A stretch of 64,000 bases of DNA. Origin: Bigelowiella natans CCMP2755. Lineage: Eukaryota; Protista; Cercozoa. The stretch lies in the NCBI GenBank assembly GCA_000320545.1, contig ADNK01003252.1, positions 1 to 64,000 of the forward strand, read 5' to 3'. Both the position numbers and the translations under genes were made by a program. Below the pieces are notes generated by a model that worked only from the letters and a program-made list of their open reading frames with translations, ran no database searches and was not told the origin of the DNA. Position 1 is the stretch's first letter. Each line of letters opens with the position of its first letter. Positions 40,426 through 55,437 of this stretch are shown here, piece by piece.

Positions 40426-42056
40426 ATGCACGAAGGCTTGCTTGTGAGCACCATTTTTTTTGTTCCACGATCAATACCACTAACCCTATCGACTACAGGA
40501 CACCTAAATTTGCCTTCCTCTCACCTCTTTTCTCATCAAGCCTGCGTGTCACGTCATACAACCGTCTTTGCCCATGGCTTCGGTTTCAGTGATGATTGTT
40601 TTTGTGATCTATTTTTTTAAAGTTCATCGCAATCAGCGGGATCTCGGCCGTCTGGATTCCCGGGGATTCAACTGGAACCGTACTCACATCCGAATTCACA
40701 ACAGAAAATCAGGTATGTTGTCATGATCACATAGATTCTTCGCAAAACATAAAAGAAAGAAATGAAATTTTTATCTAGGAACGCAACTTCGAGAATGTGA
40801 CCTCGGTTGAGAAGGGTGGGATAGGAGACAACATGTTCAACTTCGTCGAGACTGTACCAGCGAAATGTAGCCCCACCAATAAGTGTGGGTTGATCATGGA
40901 CATCCACGGGGCGAAGATGAATGCAAAGATGCAGGAGCAAAGTACTCACATCTTAAAATACGGCGACGATTACATCAACATTCGCCCTCAGATAAGCACC
41001 ATGAATTGGATGACGGACCACTTTGAAGGATTGCACATCGTAGAAGCTTACCTCCGGAAAGCAGTTACAAAGCATGCTGCTATACTCGACACAAGCAGGA
41101 TTCACGTCACCGGATTTTCTATGGGAGGATTCATGGCTTTCAATCTTCTCTGCCTAGCGTCTGACATCATCTGCTCGATTGCGTCCGTTGCTGTACCTCC
41201 TGATGGCGTCTACTCATCCGGCGTTGGATATGTTATGCCTGGGTTTGTACTCAACCCGTCTGCACGTGGATATAAGAATTGTTTCGTGGATGGCAGTGGC
41301 CCTAATTTCAAGAGGTCCATCATGTATCAACAGGGCAAGTACGACATTTTCTTCAGCCCTGCCTCATTCAGCAAGAATGTGGCTAGCATGAAAGAGCTCT
41401 ATGGCCTCACAGGCAGCGGCGAGAAGCTGAACAAGGGCCAGGGAGTCGACTGGACTCGGTACAGCAAAGAGGATGTCAACATTGAGACGGCTATGTACGA
41501 CTTCAACACCTCTCTCTCTGGGGCAGGATGGCCTCCCGGAACAACTTGGTATTACCGCGGACACTGCATCCCCAGCAAAATGCAGTCTGGAGACCCAAAC
41601 AGTGGCACGAACTGCGGGAATGAGCATGGGTACAACTGGGGCAAGGAGGTGGTAAATTTCTTCAAGGCCAACCACTGCAAAATTCAATCCAGTGCCACCC
41701 ACAACCATGGACGGAAACTAGGCAATGGCTGTCCCGAACAGATGCCTCACCGATACCCTGGTGTGAATTATCGTTGCTTCAAGGAGGTCTGGTCGGGCGA
41801 GAGCTGCAATGTTGACCCTAATCAGAGCGTGGACCCGCCGTGTATCTACGCTCCAAGAGTTTGTAATTCAACGTCCAACCATGGCAAAAAGCTTGCCAAT
41901 GGTTGTCCTAAGCAGATGCCGTACCGCTATCCCAACAACAACCGATGTTTCGCTAAGATTTGGGAAGGGAAGACATGCAACGTGAATCCCGAAGCGGACC
42001 CTCTTCCCCAACAGAAATTCGATTTGAAGTGTTGCTATGACAGTTATCTTGATTGA
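40426..42056 (+). CDS. Secreted alpha/beta-hydrolase (PHB depolymerase/feruloyl esterase-like) with two C-terminal Cys-rich repeats
   Basis: DIHG motif, then RIHVTGFSMGG nucleophile elbow. Predicted exons 40426-40443, 40623-40712 and 40779-42056 are in phase with GT-AG ends and give the signal-like N-terminus MHEGLLFIAISGISA. Confidence 0.8.
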
Positions 42057-42229
42057 TATGTTCCATATCTGCATCCAGTGCACGAGATATACCTTTTTGT
42101 TGTTTGTGCTGTGTGTATGAACACATTTATTGTAACATGTTCAACTTTTCTCTCAAATCCCCATTGCTCAATTAATGCACAGCATTTATACCTTCATCAG
42201 TACATTTTGACTTTTCATTAAATTCTACA

Positions 42230-43860
42230 TGCTTGTGCGTGTGAGAGTGAGCTAGAAAGAGGGAGAGAGATTCACAAGAAAATCGTTCCATCTTTTGTGC
42301 TGTTCCAGTGTTGCTGTGTTGCTTGATCGATGCAACGGTGTTGTCGTGTCTGGATGAGCTTGCTAGCTTGGCAGAACAATGCACACTTGCCTCAAGCCTG
42401 AGAACGACCCGAATGCTGCTTGTGAGTCAGCAAACACGTTCTTGCCAAGGAGTGCATGCGACGGAATTCTGAAGCACTTTTTGGTGCAGTTTTCACAGTG
42501 AACATTCAAGTTGAACAGTCACAAGGTCCACTGCTTCTCAAACTCAGACCTTCCAAGCAAGTTGACACCGGAACGGTGCCTCCAGGCCACCTGGAACACC
42601 ACAACGACACGAGCATTGTCCAATGAAGGATTCCCGTTCGATGTGCGATGTGTGCCTAGCTCAGAAATGGTGAAATGCACGTTTGTCGCTGATGCCAGAA
42701 ATCCGGACGGAACACTCGTTTTGGCATTTGACCAATCTGGCAATGTCTGCGAGGTGGGTTGAGGACACGATGGTCCAAAAGTTGCAATTTCAGATTTCAT
42801 CAACGTGTTGCACGAATCTCTTGAAATTTCGTCACTTTCACACTTTTTGAAATTTTCCATGTGATGCAATGGACGTTGGATTTGCTCGCATTTCTTTGAA
42901 ATTTTTCGTGCATGCAAAGATTGGTTGAATGCACGCGCAAAAGCACTCAAAGTGTGGCAGAGAACAAACGCTTTGCGTGCATCCTCTGCACAACGGGTGT
43001 GAATTTTCACACTTTGCGTGCTCTCTGAGGCCTCAAAAATGGACATCAGGGCCAACGTTTCGGTCATTTTTTGAGGTTTGGCCATCGGACAAGTTCTGAT
43101 GACTTTTTCTTGACCAACTTCAACTGCTTGTGCTTCAAAGCGCGTCGCAAAGCGCTGCACTGTTCACAACCCCGTCGTTGCCGGGTTTGACGGAGCTGTG
43201 TCAAAATTCAATTTTTGACCGACAGACAGAAACGACCAAACTAGCGCAGCAGAAAAACGTGTCATTTTCGAAGGCCAAAAACGCTGTTTTGCGAATGCGA
43301 AAAATGCAATGCTTTTGGAGGCAAGAGTTGCAAGCAACGTGCGCTGCAGTGGTGTTTTGAATGCGCAAGCGCAGCGCGTGCGCACACGCCCATTCAGCTG
43401 TCTAGCTAGCTAGCCATGCGCTGATCACATGTGCTGCACACAAAAATTCCTGGCCAGCTTCGTGCGAACACATCTCACTTTCTCACCACGCGCTGAAGCT
43501 TCTAATTGCTTTCAAAAGCTCGCGCTTGCTCAAGCACAAAACTTGTCACAGATTTGACCGAGCTGTCTAGCTGAGAATCATGCACGCATCGCAATGGCTG
43601 CCTGTCATTGCACCAGCAGGGCGACCAAATGATTGTGTGTGCTGCACGTGCGAGCCACAGCAGCTGGCAAGATTTCTAGATTTGAGCACGTTGCGGGCAT
43701 GCTAGCATCTAGGCATGGCTACGCACTTGTGTGGCGCATGCATGCTAGTGTGCAGTGTGCACATCGATCACAATTTCACATCAGGCACAAATCGTCAAGT
43801 CTAGAAGCAAGGACTACAATTCACGTCTCTAGCGTCTATCTTGGTTAGCTGGTATTAGCG
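42230..43860. repeat. Unclassified TpA-depleted repeat or TE remnant
   Basis: TA occurs almost only as CTAG, for example tctagctagctagcc at ~43401. Shares a motif with ~38390. Confidence 0.5.
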
Positions 43861-44099
43861 AACACGTTGTATTTTCCATGCATATTGATATTCTCCCGGC
43901 CACAAACGCATGAGGATCAACATGTTGCACCTAAAGAGGCTCACACTTCCAAAACACGCATACATGCCAACCATGTACACTTTTATGCCAACAACATTGT
44001 CTGAATTACGAGCATCCTCACTAATTCGCTACTACTACTAATTTACTACTACTCATTCACGATACTTTAATTATTTCCTCACAGTGATGCGAGCAGGCT

Positions 44100-45357
44100 C
44101 CTCGATCGTTGTGTTACGGAACAAAAGTTTTAATTGACTTGTTGATACTTGTATTGGCCACCTCTCTCCCTCCTTGGGACTCCAGTGGGAGTAACACCAC
44201 CACACATTGAACCACATATCAACCGAATTCCTTTCAAATGACAACACAAAGACAAAAATGACGAAAGAATTTGTTATTCAAATTGCATTTATATCCTTTT
44301 ATAAGAAAAGACACAAAAGAATAAGCAACGCACAAAGTGTTGAATCATGATATATTAGTAATCAAATTCTATATTTGTTCCTAACAATGATGTTGCCTTC
44401 TTTCTACTGAAGCATTTTGTAGAACGCAAACTTTTTATCATTAAAGGAAAAAAATCATACAAAATTTGTCGTATGAATCGACCTGCAACGAAACCACTTC
44501 CTTGTCCAAGATGACCACCAACATTTGCTCCAAGATTTGTGATGGCGACCTACAAATGGTGGCATTTCGTAATAATCTTTAAAATCACAACTTAAAATCC
44601 ATGTTGCTCACACCAAAAACTGATTTAACCAAAATTAAAGAAAAATCAGAAATTGTGTAATGTTTTCCGTGCGACTTGTGCTAATTCGTCGACGCAACGC
44701 CTTGTGGCAACCACTAACTATGTGTTGTTCAACGTTGCTTATCATCCTAACTCATCCATCATCATTATCATCATCACCATCATCATTATCATCATCATCA
44801 CATATTATCTTATCTTACCTGGCATTTTCGTTGGTGAGCAGCAACTTCTAGCATCATATTCAAAATTCCCTATTGTTGAGAAAAACAACAAAATATTTGG
44901 ATAATAAAATTATAGGTAGTGTATTACATGTTCCTTCTTCTTCTTCTTCTTCTTCTTCTTCTTCTTCTGCATGATTGATTGGTTGATTGATTGATTGATT
45001 GATTGATATCACTACTATCTTAATAATAATAACTGTACTTCTAAGTCCATCTTTATTGCCCTTGCTACTTCTTCTGGCGAATTTGCAATTTTCTTCTTCT
45101 TTTTCGTCTCTTTTTGATCAAATAAGTCTACACCACCACGGCTCCTATATTAACAAACGATATCATCAGCACCACATTATTTTAGATCAGAGAGGTAGGT
45201 ATTGCTGACGAAACTTAATAGCATCAACATCTATCCCCTCTGTAGCTACTTCTACTGCTTCTTCTTCTTCTTCTTCTTCTTCTCTATGCCTGTTTCTGCT
45301 TATCAGTAAGTAATTAACTTCACAGCTAGTAGCAGTAGCAGTAGCAGCAGCAGCAAC

Positions 45358-45388
<31 letters not shown>

Positions 45389-45432
45389 ATAGTCCCATAC
45401 AATCTAGCTGCTCTGCCCCCCTCTCCCTCTCC

Positions 45433-45466
<34 letters not shown>

Positions 45467-45759
45467 TGTAACAGCTGCCACGTCCCTTAATCCGTTATCC
45501 GTTCGTCATTCTGATACGAACGGATACGTACTAATACGCACTGGTACTACATACTAATGCACATGATGATCATGCACTTAACAAAGGTAGAACCTCTTAT
45601 CACCACCAGCAGCAGCAACCTCAGATGCTGGTATGATGATGCTATCGTTGCTATCATTGCCATTATCGACGAAAGTCCCGCCTGCTGCTGCTGCTACTAG
45701 TGGTTTTGATGAAGAAGTAGTATCTTTAACTGGTTGTCTGTGTGATTGTGGTGCAGAGC

Positions 45760-45791
<32 letters not shown>

Positions 45792-45980
45792 AATGAGAAA
45801 GGAGAAGTACTAAGCAGCGTGCGAGTAGATAAAACTAATTTACAGTTATTTAGTATTTACACCATCTACCAATTCACCGATGTCGTCATAATCAATCAAT
45901 CAGCAGCAAAATCAATCCATTTACCATTTGATGATGATGCTAGTTGATGATGATGATGATATGATTATTAATAGCATATT

Positions 45981-46023
<43 letters not shown>

Positions 46024-47286
46024 ATACAATTTATTACTACTATATATTCTCAATATATTGACATCCGCTGCGAAGATATAACTCTACACAAACAGATTAA
46101 AAACGTATGCGCAATGATCTTGATTTATCATCATCATCATCATCATCATTATAGTCCAACATCATACCATTACTATCCCTACAACTACCATTGCTACTAC
46201 TACTACTACTACTACTACCTCTTAGAGTACTGGTGTGCTGCCTGTTGCTCGATATACTTATCAATTCTTTTAGATATCGAAGCACATTGTTTCTTTATCA
46301 TTTGATACGATACATCCGCAAGTGTTCTTGGCACTTCCAGTAGCTCAACATCAAATAATAGTACATCTCTACTGCTGCTGGGTTGCTTATGTTTGCCTCT
46401 CCTACTACTACGGACACCATGGTGTTTCTGCTGACGAGTTCTTCGATCAACAGCTAAGCTGCTACCCCCTTCATCTCGATCGAAATCATAATCATCATCA
46501 TCGAGGTCATCATCATCATCGTCATCGTTGAGGTTGTCTTCTTCTTCTTCTTCCAAGTTGCTTTGATCTCCTCCTTCCCTTCCTCCTCTTCTTCCTCCAA
46601 TAGATTCATCATCATCTCCTAATCCTCCTATTCCTCCATCAAACTAAACAAAATAAAGAAGAAGAAAGACGTATAGATGACAAGAAGAGATGAGACGATA
46701 ATAAGAAGAGTGTAATGCACTACTACAATTCGTTTGTTTGGCTACTTCTTACTTGCACTTGCTAACTACGTACCGTCTATCAATGCTATTGTGCCTGAGC
46801 TAGATAGTGTTGTAAATAAGCAAGCTACTACTACTACTACTACTGCTACTACTACTACCTATCTACCTACAGGACTACAACTATTCTTCTCTACCTCTAC
46901 ATCCAAACCAAGAAGGTTCTCTAAATCGGTAATTCTTGCTACGAATCGTTTCCTCTGTTGTAAAATAATTGCGTTTGTTTGTTGTCACAATAACTTTTCA
47001 CCGCCATTAGCTCCAGCACTCAACCAGTTCAGTTCATTCACTCATTTACACACCACGTAGATTATATACCAATAATGTTAGTAGCTGCTACACTATGCAG
47101 TCGAAGACGATGACATAATGATAATAATAATAATATTAGGATTATCAGACAAACACATCATCATCCCCAACAGCATAAATTCATACGTATATGCAAGTGA
47201 TACGCATAGAAGATTATTACTCCACAACAAAATAAATGGAAAGAAATTAGTTCTTATCTCACACAGAACTTGTGGCAGCAAATATG

Positions 47287-47330
<44 letters not shown>

Positions 47331-47939
47331 CGCAATAATTACCGAAACATCACGCTGTATTCGCATTTCTCCAATCTTTTTCCGGAGGGTCTCAAGTTCT
47401 CCAAACACTTTGAGGAATTCTGTCTTGGCATAATTTCTCTTTTTGCGGTCAGATTCGGCCTTGAATGAGAGGAGTAGGGAAGATGTGTGAGGTTTTTGAG
47501 GTTTAGAGCAGCAGTAGCACAAATGATGTAGCGAGAGTAAAAGAGCGAAATTTGTGGTAACAATCCCTTACCACAATCCAAAGGAAATATACATAATGAA
47601 GAATGGGGGAAAAGGTGGTGTAGTAGCAGCAGCAAATGAAATCCTCTTACTGTGATGATCATGATAGTAGGTAGTTAAAGTATATATGTAAGCATATAGA
47701 TGATTTCTCTTCTCACTATAACACATGACGATAGGCCCGCTACTACATCTACTACTACTACTACTACTACTCTCATCACTACTAGTACGTACAACTTATT
47801 CTTTCTCTCGTTCTTCTAGGGTATACTACTACAACTACACTACTACTACTACTACTGCTACTACTACCTGCTTTTTGGCAATTAGGGCTACTTGCTGCAG
47901 TCGCTGTATCTCCCTCATCGATGATTCCTGACATCATAC

Positions 47940-47972
<33 letters not shown>

Positions 47973-49015
47973 TATCATCATCGTTATCATCAACCCCATG
48001 GACGCAGCGGCAGGAGCAACAGCAGTAGTAGGAGATGTAAATTTGTATATTCACTCTCGCATAGTCACAAACAAACAGTGTGTTGGTTAGGAGATGGGGG
48101 GAGGGCCTTCTTCATCTATTCATTTGTTTATGTGTTTTTAGTTCCAACAATAGATATAGTATTTTTAAGTATGTTGAAAATGGGGTAAATAATAAAGTAA
48201 ATAACAATTTTACTGACTCACTTACTACCTTAAAAGACTTCATCTCTTTTTGAAACTGATAGATAACAATGCAAACGATAATGATTACAATAATAGAGTA
48301 ATGATACACATATCAACCTATCTACGAGTTGAACAAAACACAAAAAAAAAAAGAAGAATAAAAATACGACAATAATAACGAAAATGAATATACTGAGTAG
48401 CAGAAGAGTATCATCATGCATGAAGCTTCTTTTTATGCGGGGTTGCTGCTGCTCTTAGGTGATGATTATTATCTTCTTCTTCTTCTTCTTCTTCTTCTTC
48501 TTCTTCTTCTCGTAGTCTTCCTCTCACTGGAAAATAATAGCTTGCTGCATTCATAGAAATAGAAGCAGCAGCACAAGCGGCGGCTTTGCACTTCCACTTA
48601 TCATGATTTATTTCTCATTGCGAGCTGCTTTTACTTTCTGATTTAATTGCGAACGAAGTTGATCCAAATTGGTGCTTTGCAGCTTTTCATTTGCAGCATT
48701 TAGCTTTGTCTGCAACTCCCTACACCATCCATTAACATAATGATAATTCTCAATACTATTATTATTTGTTACTACTATTTTTTAAATCAGAAAATGCCCT
48801 TTGGCTCAAGCAGAAATCGGTCAAAATGATAGGCTCTCCATATCCTTTGGCTCAAGCAAAGATCGCTCAAATAATAAGCTCTCCATATCCACTGATTCAG
48901 TCGATATAATGATGACTTGTTCTTCTTCTTCTTCTTCCTCCTCCTCCTCTTCTTCTTCTCCCAGCAAGACCAACATAGTTATTGCCAAAGGTCGGCATTC
49001 ACATAGAAGAGAAGA

Positions 49016-49046
<31 letters not shown>

Positions 49047-49308
49047 AAGAAAGATAATACATGCTACTACTGCTACTACTAGTAGTAGTACTACTAGTAC
49101 AGCTGTTGATTATTATGACATTGTCTTTTGCTTTTGGATGCCTTTTATCTTCTCTTCGTTCTGGTGCAAAACCTGTACCTGATGATGATGATGATGGTGA
49201 TGATGGTGGTGGTGATGATGATAACTACGGATAGAGTATTAACTGATCGCTCTATTGTCGTTTCATCAGTCAGAGGTAGAAGGCAGGTAGAGTTGTGACA
49301 ATAAGTAT

Positions 49309-49340
<32 letters not shown>

Positions 49341-51391
49341 AAACCTACAAGTTGTATTATGCTGAGTTACTGAGCGACAAAGTTCCAAATCTTATCACTA
49401 CAACTCACTTTCCTCACAGCATCAAATTACCTACCTACCTATCTACCTACCTACCTTTTTATTGGCTTGATTGAGTTCTTCAGTAAGCTTTAGAGCATGT
49501 TGTTGCGCTTGTAGTTTGGCCCTATTAGCATCGGCAAGTGACTGCTGCAGACGAAGATTAGAAACCGAGAGTTCCTAATACACCACAAGCATACACACGC
49601 ACATAGCAACATCATCATCATCATCATCATGCTCTGATGCTGTTGCCTCCCGTGAGAAGGACGATGATCAAACAACGTGTTATTTTTTGTTTTCTTCGTC
49701 TTCCTCCCCTTTGACTACTCTTCATATCGTAGTCTCTGCATCCTTATCGTTCTCCAGCCCCCCCCCCCCCCCTTTCCAACCTTGTTGCCACTCAATTGAT
49801 CCCTCCAACTTTCCAAAGCCTTGTAGTAAGTAAGTAATGTAATAGCGACATAAGCAACACCAATAAGGAGTGTTTTTTGTAACTAGCAACTGAGTAATAA
49901 TAGTAGTAGTAGTAGTAGTAGTAGTAGTAGGTACTAGCAGATGATGTTAATCCCCTTTCCAATCATAATCATCATCAACTAGGAATACTACTGATTGGTA
50001 CTACTGTTGATAATACGCTGGCAACCAATACATGATAACCTTTTTATTTCTGCGTAATCTCACAAGTCATTATCACCACCACAATAATTATCATCACCAT
50101 TACCATCATGCTGCTTGCATAGATAGTAGCATATGTTTATCATCACTATTTATCATTTCATGCTGGTTGCATAGATAGATCTTAGCATGTGTTAGGCCGT
50201 AGTAGTAGTAGTAGTAGTAGTAGTAGACACACAGACTTGTTCCATTCTTGCTACTTCAACATCGGCTTTACGTTTCTCCTCCCTCCAATATTCAACCTAA
50301 ATTATTAGTAAATGTTGCGACGACGAATTACAATCAACATACGACGAATAATTTCGAGAAAATGAAGTATTGCAAAATAATTTTTCTGAGCAGTAGTCAA
50401 ATGATTCTTGAATGAAAATAGATTATGGCAACAAGTAGCTTATAGTGTTGGATGATGAGAAGGAGAGAAGATAGATAGATAGATGGGTAGATAGTAGTCT
50501 TGAACATCAAACTACAGACAAAATACAATTGAAACATCATAACTCTTCTTTCAACATTCAAAGTAGTAGTAGTAGTAGTAGTAGTAGTAGCAGCATCAGG
50601 AATATATTATTAGTGCAGCATCATGAATATATTATTAGTGCAGCATCATGACTCTACTCCGCAGACCACCTTTTTACTGCTGTATCATCATCATTGCAAG
50701 GAGACCAACACGTAATCTTAGACTACTACCACCATCCCACCACCATTCCATCATTCTACCTGTTCTTTCAGACTCTTCTCATCGCCCTCAATCTCCTCAC
50801 CAAGAATATCAGATGGCCTTTTTTTATTATCCGTGCAATATTGTTATCATAACTATCGTTATCATCATTATTTTTTTAAAATAAATAGTTCTTATTTCTA
50901 CTAGCAATATTAGAGTATCATATGACCAAACAGACAGAAGTCAAAGATATCATCGGAAATACAAAACTGCGAATAAAATTTTGCTACAATCTAATAATCA
51001 TTTTTTACGATATTATCATTAAGAGTTTTTTTCTTCTTACAATTAGAAGATGATAGTAGAATGTATACTGCCATCAAATGGCTGCTACCATAAGGTATGT
51101 GTCTTCTTCTTCTTCTTCTTCTTCTTCTTCTTCTTCTTGTTTAATTGCGGTTCCTTCTCATCGTTGTATTCTACTACTACTTACGATCTCTCAAGGCTCC
51201 TTGAAGAAGAAGACGAAGATGGTGGTGGTGGTAACGTTCCGCCAGCAGCATCAAATGAGGATGATGATGACGATGATGATACAAACTTGCGCTGTTCTGC
51301 TAATTGGGTCTAGTAGAAAAAGAAGAGGAAGAAGAAAAAGAAGATTAAAACAACATCAAGTAGTAAGAGTACGGAACGATGATCATAGAAG

Positions 51392-51432
<41 letters not shown>

Positions 51433-52621
51433 TGTGCGTGGCGGCCAATGAATATACTCTAGGGAGATAATGTCTTGTAATCCCCGTGTGCGTGTGTTCT
51501 CTCTACTGCTGCTTGTAATATAAAAGAACCTGCAGAGCAGATATCCTTCCCATCAAGGATTCCTGAACCTTTACGTTGTGAGGAAGAAAGGGGGGGGGGG
51601 GGAGGGTGAAGGGAAGAGAAGAGAAGAGAGAGAAAGAGAGGAGTATTGAGAAGAAGATAAGAATTGCACAACACCACAAACCAAATGCAGTGGCTGTCTG
51701 TTGTTGTTGTTAACGACTACAACAACAACAGGCAATAAGTATCACCCTACTATTACTACTACTACTACTACTACTACTAGTAGTAGTAGTAGTAGCGCTA
51801 TTGTGCGGTGCTGCTGCTGCTGTTGCATAAGGGAAAATACATCTACTACTACTGCTACTACTACTATTATGTGATGGTGGACGTGGTGGTGGTGCTGCTG
51901 CATCAGGAAAATACATCTCCCTCAGCAGCTGCTTTACACCGTAAATATGATGATAATAATGGTGATGGCGATGATAATATACTAGAGAGAGGACAAAGAA
52001 CAACGTTGAGAGAATAATAAGTATAAGAATAATAGCAATAACCTTGGCTAGCTCTGCAGCATGTTTCGCTTTGAGTTCTTCCTGTGAATGATGATGATAA
52101 TAATACTAAGAATAATAATAATAAAGAATGGGAGGAGGACATCTCTGGATCTCACTCTGTCAGCATAAATCATAAAATTAAGGAAACGGTATCTAATGCA
52201 AACAATCACATCAAGGAACAATAACACCATCATCATCGTCGTCAGCTCTCTCTTCCCATTATTATTATTATTAATAATAATATCATTATTATTTTTCTTT
52301 ATACTCTTCCTTTTTGTGGCACTCTCTCTTACTTATTATGTGCACAGAGCACAAGTACCTTCTGCATCTCAGAACGAAGCAACTTTAGCTGCTGATTCGC
52401 CCCCCCTCCCTCTTCTATTCCTCCCTTAATGCACACAAAAATATTCTTTTATCAATTTTTGTCCCAAAACAAGCATAACATATAATGCAAAAACATGTAT
52501 AAACTTTTTTTAATGTTGTTAGAAATTGCAGAGAGGATGCGAGAAAAGAGAAGAGAACGGAAAGGGATTACAACAACAACAACAACAACAACAACAACAT
52601 GAAACCAACGACTGACATTTG

Positions 52622-52654
<33 letters not shown>

Positions 52655-55170
52655 TCGTGGGGAATAATCCGTTGGTGCTGCTGTTGCTTGTACTCGGCAC
52701 ACCACCATCCTTACTACCACCCTATAACAATCATTTATCAATGGCGTAGTAGTGAATTGTGCGTTGTTCGGGGCAGTACGTACGTCGTTTTGTTGTGCTG
52801 TTTATGCTGACGATGATACAAATGTTATGTTTGGTAGTGGTGGTAGTGGTGGTGATTATGATGATGATGAAGGATTATTAGTTTTGAGAGAGAAGAATAA
52901 GTAAAGTGAAAGAAGGAAGAACAGCACTTCATCGGTACGAGAGAAGGAAGGTGTTTCCTTGCCGGTTTGCTGCCCAGCAGCAGTAGTAGTTGTTGTTAAC
53001 TTCGACTCCCTGTCTTCATTGCCTGATCGAAGAGAATTTTGGTGTTCTTTCTCCTGATTGGCGAGGAGCTGCTTTTGCATGTTGACAATTCTTCGCTCTG
53101 CCCAGGCTACTTTATGCCTGTTATTATGATGATGATGAGAGAATTCGCATACATGCTTCTTGTTAGGGGGGTAACGGAGGAAAACATCAAATAATATTCA
53201 CCAATTATTGATACCTTAAGGCGTCGAGCTCAAGCTCCGAATCCTGTAAAACGAAGTCGTTGTTATCTATTGTTTCATTCGTGGTAATCATCCTCTACCA
53301 CACATTGTTCAATAAAGTGTGGTATTCTTCGGGTAGAAATATTAATACCTCTCAAACGACTTCATGGCAGTAAATATGAATACACACATTTATACACGCA
53401 CATACGCACAGGGAGAGAGGGAGGGAGGGAGGGGGAGAGAGAGAGAGAAAGAAAGAGAGAGAAAATCAATATCAGGACTTTCTTGGCTCGAATATTCATA
53501 TTTGCCCGTTCAATCTTCGCTCTGACTTTTTGCTTGTATTCTGACATCTCCTGTATCATAAACATTGGGGAGGGGGGAGTGATAAGCAATCGATCAATGT
53601 GAATGGGCTGCTGCCACAAGATAGACAAACTGCTTTCAGTATTTACCTTTTGCTTCTCGGAGAGTTCTTGTGTAAGTGCGAGTACTTTGGTGTTGAGCTC
53701 CTTGAGCTCCTCTTGAGATTCGAGATACTGAGAACAAACATTTTCATTTTACCGCAACAGATACTATCATCAACATTATACTTAGTTATTATTTGTAGTA
53801 GAAGTAGTGAATAGGTGGACCTTCCGTTTGAGGAGAGTGTTGTTCTCTTGTAATGTGCTCAGATCCGTCTTTAAAATACAATAATAAAAGTTACTACTTC
53901 CGCAAGGAACAAGGCTTAGTATTTCTAACTATCAACACGGTGAAACTGATGTATACAAAAATATCGATCTACAAGAAATCTGCGGCACAAGTTAGAGGTA
54001 TTCTGAGATATGATTCGGGTTTGATATTTTGCAGAGAGCGTCATGATTACTAGTCTTCTTACATAGAGTAGAATTGTATGTATTACCGAGTGCGACTCTT
54101 CGCGTTGTGCTGCCCAACGTTTATTTTTCTCGGTAATACCTTCCCTCTCCTTCAATATATTTGATGGTAGTGAAGATTCAATGATAGTATATAGAAGTAG
54201 GGAAAAGTACATCCATTTATGGCAGTGAGTTCTATCCAGCATGAAAGTCACAGTAGATGATAATAGAGAAATGGCAGATGTGGTAGATGTGTCGCCAAAT
54301 TTCTACCTTCTTAAATTCCTCCTCTCTGTCTTGCAGTAGCTTTTGGCGCTTTGCTAACTCTTTTTCATGTCTCAACTTCAGAGCTTTAAGGTCTTTTGCC
54401 TGAGAATCCTGAGGAAAAGTGATAATAACACGTTTTGAAGCTACCCCCGTCCCTTTGCACACTTAAGAGGCTATCATTCCCCGGAGAATAATTCTTTATT
54501 TTTTTATAAATATCTTTAGGCCATGCACGGCTTCTTACCGAGGCCGCCCGCAATTCTCTCAGATTCTCTTCGAGTTTTTTAATTCTGGCATCCTTTTGTT
54601 TGAGATCTATTTAGAAATTAGCACTCAGAAACATCTAGCACACATGAAAGTAATGGGGAGGACCTGCTTTTTTGTTGAAGATATATTCTTTCGCTTTCTC
54701 TTTAATATCTCTAAGCTGTTTGTCCCTATTTATAATAATAATTGGATTTAGTAGTGTAGTAAAAATATCATACAAAAAGATATATTCTTTCGCTTTCTCT
54801 CTACTATCTTTCAGCTGTTTGTCCCTATTTATGATAACAATTGGATTTAATTGTAACAATTATCACTCAATAGATAGATAGATAAATAGATAGATAGATA
54901 GTAGATACATCCCCAAATTAACATAAGAATCGACAGTATTGATTGACTGCTTCTCCTTGACATTACTTGATTGCAAGTTGTTTCTGTAAGCTTCTGGGTG
55001 ACGTAGCAGTATTCGGTGGAGACTGTAGGCTTTGCGGTGAAGCCACAGCACCCGCGTTGCTTTCCTCCATCACACAGGTTCCCTTGGTCTCTCCCCTCTC
55101 CTGCTGATATATTTGCTCAGTCTCCCGTATCACAGCCTTATGGCACTTCTGATCAATAAAGAATGTCACA
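44100..55170 (-). CDS. Large multi-exon coiled-coil protein (one or more genes; boundaries uncertain)
   Basis: Many short GT-AG exons with heptad-like peptides: DLKALKLRHEKELAKRQKLLQDREEEFKK, EELKAKHAAELAK, LRLQQSLADANRAKLQAQQHALKLTEELNQ, ELETLRKKIGEMRIQRD. Confidence 0.55.
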
Positions 55171-55437
55171 TGAATGGGCAGCTAAACTTCTTAAGAAAAA
55201 CAAAACAACATACATATTTTAAGCTCCCCAAGAACTAGCACCACATAGTAGCCTGCAGACTAATGCACCTTTGAAGAGGGGTGAGTTGCTTGCTTCCAAG
55301 AGGAGGGAGTAGAAAATACGAAGGTGAGTCAGAATTCTGAGGAATGCAGTGGAAACAATGATTGCGACAACAACTTACTGCAGCTAATAGATTTATCTTT
55401 GGTGCGAAGCGAACCATTCACCAAACGAGGATTGACG

